From positions 248,001-312,000 of the forward strand of contig NW_027191452.1 in the NCBI RefSeq assembly GCF_011745625.1: 64,000 nucleotides of DNA. Reading direction: 5' to 3'. Position 1 is the stretch's first letter, and the number at the start of each line of letters is the position of its first letter. Source of the stretch: Cladosporium halotolerans. Lineage: Eukaryota. The notes below the pieces were generated by a model. It did no database searches. It was given only the letters and a program-made list of their open reading frames with translations, and was not told the DNA's origin. Below, piece after piece: positions 58,792 to 64,000 of the stretch. The position numbers were made by a program, and so were the translations under genes.

Positions 58792-61293
58792 ATGTTCACT
58801 TTATTGCTGGAACGAAGTACAGCTGCCGTGCAATCCACAGCCGCAAAAGCCGCTCGTTTACCCTTCCGTGGCGTTGCCCGTCCCATCGCATCTCATCGCG
58901 GTCAGATCGCGTCGCTGGCAATGGCGGCCACCAAGCGAAAACAGTCCGCCGCAACACCTGCTGCTGACGCGGTCAACGATGACGCGCCACCGCTCAAGCG
59001 GAGAGCTTCAGCCAGGAAACCCACTGCGGCTGTCGTGAACCCGGACGAGAACAAGGAAATTGTCGACGCGCCAAACGCGACGCGTGCATCCCCAGATAAT
59101 GCACCGGCTGAAGACCTTGTTCCTGGACCGATCAAGGGTAACGGCGAGAGAAAGTCCGAGAGCCCACTCAGCGACGCGCCTGACATTGTCGAGCCCCCGA
59201 AACCCAAAAGCGGACGCGGGAAGAAGGCTGCCGCCGCCGCCGAGAAAGATGTGAAGGAGGCTGAGAGCGTAGTCGCCGCTGTTGTCGACGCGGCAGAAAG
59301 CAAAGCTCCCGCGAAGAAGGGCCGAGGCAAGAAGAAAGAAGTCAAGACAGAAGAGGACGGTGATGCAGATTCAGTGGCAGCATCGACACCCGCAAAAACC
59401 ACTCCCAAAAAGTCTTCGAGCGGTGAAGCTGCAGACCCAGAAGCTGAAGACGACGATGAGGTCGCTGACCCAGAGGAAGTCAAGTCAGCAGCCGCCAGGC
59501 CTCCTGCGGTCAACAGTTCATACCTGCCTTTGCCCTGGAAAGGCCGTCTTGGATACGCGTGCCTCAACACCTACCTACGGAATTCGAATCCACCTGTCTT
59601 CAGCTCGAGGACGTGTCGGATACAATCGATCCTTGAACACCGCCATCCCTTACAAGACCCCACTCGACCCGAGCATCCGACCAAAAATCGACCCGATCGT
59701 TCGAAGCCTGCTGACCCCGAGCTCGGCAAGCGGTACCTTGAATCGGTCTGCTTGGCTAACGTGAAAGACCTTACCAAGATGATAAGGTGGAATGAGAAAT
59801 ATCACATCCGCTTCATGCGGCTCAGCAGCGAAATGTTCCCCTTCGCCTCGCACGCCGAGTACGGCTACAAACTCGCCCCCTTCGCCTCGGAAGAGCTCGC
59901 CAAAGCAGGCAAAGTGATCGCAGAGCTCGGCCACCGCGTAACCACCCACCCAGGCCAATTTACGCAGCTCGGCAGCCCGCGCCAGCCTGTCATCGAAAAC
60001 GCCATGCGCGACCTCGACTACCACGACGAAATGCTCAGCCTCCTCAGCCTCCCCGCGCAGCAAAACCGCGACGCCGTCATGATCCTGCACATGGGCGGCG
60101 TCTTCGAAGGCAAAGCCGAAACCATCGCGCGCTTCAAGGAGAACTACGCGAAGCTCTCCGACGGCGTCAAGGGCCGCCTCGTGCTCGAGAACGACGACGT
60201 CTGCTACACGGTGCACGACCTCCTGCCCGTCTGCGAGGAGCTCAACATCCCCTTCGTCCTCGACTACCACCACCACAACATCCTCTTCGACGCCGACAAG
60301 ATCCGCGAGGGCACGGCGGACATCGTCGGCCTGTACCCGCGCATCTTCGAGACCTGGAAGCGCAAGGGCATCACGCCCAAGATGCACTACTCCGAGCAGA
60401 CCCCGCCCGCCATCACCGGCCGCCAGCGCCGCAAGCACAACCCGCGCCCCTGGACGCTGCCGCCTTGCCCGCCGGACATGGACCTTATGATCGAGGCGAA
60501 GGACAAGGAGCAGGCTGTGTTTGAGATGATGCGGAATTTCAAGCTGCCGGGCTTCGACTCTTTCGCCGACATCATCCCTTACGAGCGCAACGATGACAAT
60601 AAGTTTGCCGACTCCGCTGCTGGCCAGCGGAAGCTGGCTAAGGGCGAGCATATTGATATCGTGCCTGAAGAAGAAATCGGCATGGGCGGGCCGCAGGGAA
60701 GAGTCTACTGGCCGCCGGGGATGGAAGAGTGGTTGCGACCCAAGAAGCGGGAGGTGAAGAAGAAGGATGACGACGGTGACAAGGAGGCTAAGAAGAAGGA
60801 GAAGCTGAAGAAAGAGAGTGAGAAATTGTACGCGGAACGACAAGCTGCCCTCAATGGCGATGGGAGTGCCGTCAAGCAGGAAGAGGAAGAGGACAGCGAC
60901 GCTGATGCTACTCCTGCTACGAAGAAGGCCAAAGCTGCTATGAAGAAGAAGGCCGCTGCGGATGCTGCAAAGGCGGCTGCCAAAGTGGCGGAGGCCGCCG
61001 CTAAGGAGGCTGGTACTGTCGCCGCGCCTAAGAAGTCTACGCCGGCGAAGAAAGGAGGCCGTGGGAAGAAGGCGGTTGAGGCGGTACAGCCGACGCCTAG
61101 CGCGAGTGACGAAGATGAGGCAGAGGACGAAGAGTTGGAACTGGGTGGGGATGACAGCGAAGGTGAAGGCCCGGTGACCCCGGCGAAGAGACCTGCCGCT
61201 GGGTCAAGAAGGCAAAGCGGTCGAGCTGCGCGGAAGCAAGTCAGCTACGCCGAGGCAGCTGGGGACGAAGATGGTGATGTTGAAATGCGCTGA
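58792..61293 (+). CDS. UVE1: UV-damage endonuclease (UVDE)
   Basis: Motifs GRLGYACLNT, FMRLSSEMFPFASH, TTHPGQFTQL, LVLENDD, VLDYHHH, PKMHYSE and DLMIEAKDKEQA. Low-complexity charged termini. Two in-frame ATGs at 58792 and 58921. Confidence 0.95.
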   Translation: MFTLLLERSTAAVQSTAAKAARLPFRGVARPIASHRGQIASLAMAATKRKQSAATPAADAVNDDAPPLKRRASARKPTAAVVNPDENKEIVDAPNATRASPDNAPAEDLVPGPIKGNGERKSESPLSDAPDIVEPPKPKSGRGKKAAAAAEKDVKEAESVVAAVVDAAESKAPAKKGRGKKKEVKTEEDGDADSVAASTPAKTTPKKSSSGEAADPEAEDDDEVADPEEVKSAAARPPAVNSSYLPLPWKGRLGYACLNTYLRNSNPPVFSSRTCRIQSILEHRHPLQDPTRPEHPTKNRPDRSKPADPELGKRYLESVCLANVKDLTKMIRWNEKYHIRFMRLSSEMFPFASHAEYGYKLAPFASEELAKAGKVIAELGHRVTTHPGQFTQLGSPRQPVIENAMRDLDYHDEMLSLLSLPAQQNRDAVMILHMGGVFEGKAETIARFKENYAKLSDGVKGRLVLENDDVCYTVHDLLPVCEELNIPFVLDYHHHNILFDADKIREGTADIVGLYPRIFETWKRKGITPKMHYSEQTPPAITGRQRRKHNPRPWTLPPCPPDMDLMIEAKDKEQAVFEMMRNFKLPGFDSFADIIPYERNDDNKFADSAAGQRKLAKGEHIDIVPEEEIGMGGPQGRVYWPPGMEEWLRPKKREVKKKDDDGDKEAKKKEKLKKESEKLYAERQAALNGDGSAVKQEEEEDSDADATPATKKAKAAMKKKAAADAAKAAAKVAEAAAKEAGTVAAPKKSTPAKKGGRGKKAVEAVQPTPSASDEDEAEDEELELGGDDSEGEGPVTPAKRPAAGSRRQSGRAARKQVSYAEAAGDEDGDVEMR

Positions 61294-61841
61294 GGGAACA
61301 GTGCTGTAAGAATATACTGTTAGGCTAGAATCCCACAACCTTCGTCCACTAGTAGAAGGTAGTCTATCACCAGCTCTGCGATAGTCTCCTGTGCTGTTTT
61401 CATTCGCAAGTGAAAGAAGGGAAGGTGAACCCTGAAGATCATCCTGCCCCGATCGGCAAAGGCTTCTTTGTATCCTTCAGGAAAATAGTTTGTTTTTCCT
61501 CGCCGACGCCCTCTCAAACTCATGTTGCAGCTGCATGAAGTCGCTAATGCCATGCATACATTTCAGTTGCGTTGCACGATAGGTCGAAGAGAGGTCAGGC
61601 GGGCGTGCGTAGCGCTGTGAGCGCTGAGCTGGCCGTCCCTCCACGTCCAAGCCCCCCAGCCTATCAATGACGGCATAGATGAACCCTCGTGCTTGATCTG
61701 CAACCGAACCGAATCTAGATGTACCATACATTCCCCTCCTCTATCCTTGATACCCATTCGGTCATTTCATACTGTAACCTGTACTGTCTGATTCTTTTGC
61801 TCCGGCGGCATTCGTTTTTGGTGGTTTGATCGACAGCGGAG

Positions 61842-63367
61842 ATGGCCATTCCGAACCCTTTTACATATTTTCGCCACACGGAAAACACGCGGAAGTACGT
61901 TTGTCCCGAACTTGTACAACCAACTCACTTCGTCTCTGACGCTGCAACAGTTGCTGGGGTTACAGATTCGAACTGACAGAAAAGCACCTCACGCCCGAAC
62001 AATGCGGGCCTCTCAAGCAAAGCTACGACGTCCTGGGCGAACGGGTCCTCAACCGATTGAACGAAATATCGCCACCGCCACGCAAGGACCTACCCAGACA
62101 TAACAGCCAATTCACCGTCCCCGAGAAGCCTCCTCAGGATCCGGAGAAGGCTGACGAGAAGTCCGTCAAACCTCCTTCGCGGGATCTCTATGCGATATTG
62201 AGAGACAATCGCGAGGGCGACGTGCTGCTGAGGGAGTTCTGGGACGAGGTCAACACGGTGCCGGATTGGGTTGATTGGGCGCAGATAGAGCGGGGGCAGG
62301 ACGTATTCTATCGCTATGGAGGTGCTTGTTTGACCGGCCTGGCGTATCAATCCTTGCTCGGCGGCATGGGCGCCGCGCGAGTCGTGGAGACATTAGCAAG
62401 GACAGGCGGGTTCTCGACCAAGGTAGCGAGGAGTCGAATGTTTGAGACCACGCAGCACATCCTGCAGTGCACCAAGTCTCTGGAAAGCATACAGCCCGGC
62501 GGCGACGGGTGGGCGTCGACGCTGCGGGTCCGGCTCCTGCATGTGGCGGTCCGGCAGCGCATCCTCGCCCTCGCGAAGACGAAACCGGAGTACTATGACA
62601 CGGAGGCGTGGGGGATCCCGATCAACGACCTCGACTCCGTCGCCACGATCGCGACCTTCTCGTCGACGCTGATCTGGATGTCGCTGCCGCGCCAGGGGAT
62701 CTTCCTCCGCCAGCAGGAGATCCTGGACTATATCGCGCTGTGGCGCTACATCGGGCATCTGATCGGGTGCCCGACGGACGGCTTCTTCGACACGCCGGCG
62801 CACGCGAAGCGCACGATGGAGGCGCTGCTGCTCTACGAGATCCAGCCGACGCCGACGTCGCGCATCCTCGCCAACAACATCATCAAGTCGCTCGAGGGGC
62901 AGCCGCCGGGCTTCGCGTCGGCGGACTTCCTGACGGCGTCCGCGCGCTGGCTCAATGGCAATGCGCTCTGCGACGAGCTCGGGCTGTCCCGGCCAAGTCT
63001 CTATTACTGGGCGCTCATGGCTGGGCAGTGCCTGTTTTTCTGCTTCTTCTGCTACACGTACCGGAGCTTTCCGTCGCTGGACCGCAAGAAGGTGGCGATG
63101 CTGAAGAAGGTCTTCTACGACATCATCGTGCATTCGAAGTACGGGCTGAAGGGGGAGGAGAGCAACTTCGATTTCAAGTACGTGCCGGAGTACTCGACCA
63201 TTACGGAGATGGGCGAGTGTGAGGAGGAGAAGGCGGATTACTCGTACGTCGAGCGGCGGAATCTGCGCACCTTCTGCGTTGCGGTTGGGTGCGTAGGGTT
63301 GGGAACTTGGATTGGGTTTCGGGTGGTGTGGGCTGTGGGTAGGGCGGCGTGGTCCGCGATACAGTAG
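61842..63367 (+). CDS. MpaB/Lcp (DUF2236-like) ER-bound heme oxygenase family protein; intron 61895-61950
   Basis: Spliced start MAIPNPF...TRN-CWGYRF. Motifs VPDWVDWAQIERGQDVF, LARTGGF, RVRLLHVAVR, WGIPINDLD and YIALWRYIGHLIG; C-terminal hydrophobic segment. Confidence 0.82.
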
Positions 63368-64000
63368 TAGAGAGCTAGCGGTTTATGTTGGGTGCGCCCG
63401 TGGACGTTTAGAGATCGCGATTAGTGCTATATGAGCCATGTGGTATGAGATTTTCTGGGAAGTTCGGGCGACGCACCCCGCCACGAGCGAGCCCTCAAGG
63501 CGAAACACGGCCAATTGCCCTGCTCGACGCCGACTGCAGGTGTCGGTGTGGCCCGTTTGTGGAGGCCTGAACAGCGGTACGCTCCGGCCTCACGACGTGG
63601 TGTCCACTGTCGACAATCGCCATGCGCGATCTCGCGTGCGCTCCTCCCAAGCGGAGCCGGCCAGAGCCCGCGAGCTCCAGACGCAGCCAGGCAGAAGCTA
63701 AGGCATCTAAGGGTACCCCGACCGCGCATTCGGGTCACGCCGTCTGGTCTCGTATCGGCGGCGCGGTGCAGCCAATCGCAAAATTCCCACACCTCTCCAC
63801 CGGCGCGGAGTGACCTTCCGCGCCGCTGCTGTTGGCGACCGCAAGGCAATAATGCTATCGCTGCTGCTCCCGTTTGCCACTGCTGCGTTCTGCTACTGCA
63901 CGCCACACGAACGCGGCGAACTAGACGTGCGTCCTGCATGCGCCCAACCTAACGCGCCGCGTCCTGCGTCTGCTGGTCCGGCCAGCGCTCGGCTGTTCCC

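Overview
Gene-dense, GC-rich eukaryotic DNA from a filamentous ascomycete, with short GT-AG introns and CTRAC/GCTAAC branch points. A Dothideomycete (Mycosphaerellales/Capnodiales-like) is my inference from protein style, not something demonstrated. There are about 27 protein-coding loci. Most are housekeeping genes: a WDR89-like WD40 protein, SFP1, DUS3, BAP31/YET3, MAS1, SDH4, NOC2, VPS28, an EFM2/RRG1-like methyltransferase, BET4, GON7, HbrB/Bit61, VPS39 and UVE1. The rest include two pentose-catabolism genes (xylitol dehydrogenase, GH51), a Zn2Cys6 transcription factor, an S10 carboxypeptidase and an MpaB/Lcp-type oxygenase. Highlights: (1) An otherwise intact AMA1-type meiotic APC/C activator is split by a single in-frame TAG at a conserved Trp (VYL*SE), the signature of a stop codon corrected by sexual-stage A-to-I mRNA editing. 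(2) An intronless, secreted, cationic protein carries an actinobacterial-type lysozyme-like domain and sits in a small accessory islet. (3) A 188-bp Tc1/mariner-type MITE with perfect 26-bp TIRs and a TA target duplication lies in a ~9-kb gene-free region upstream of SFP1. (4) An MDR dehydrogenase has a second in-frame TAG. (5) There are candidate non-AUG or alternative starts (SFP1, UVE1) and candidate light- and pentose-responsive promoter motifs. No tRNA, rRNA or CRISPR array was recognised. Intron coordinates were read by eye.
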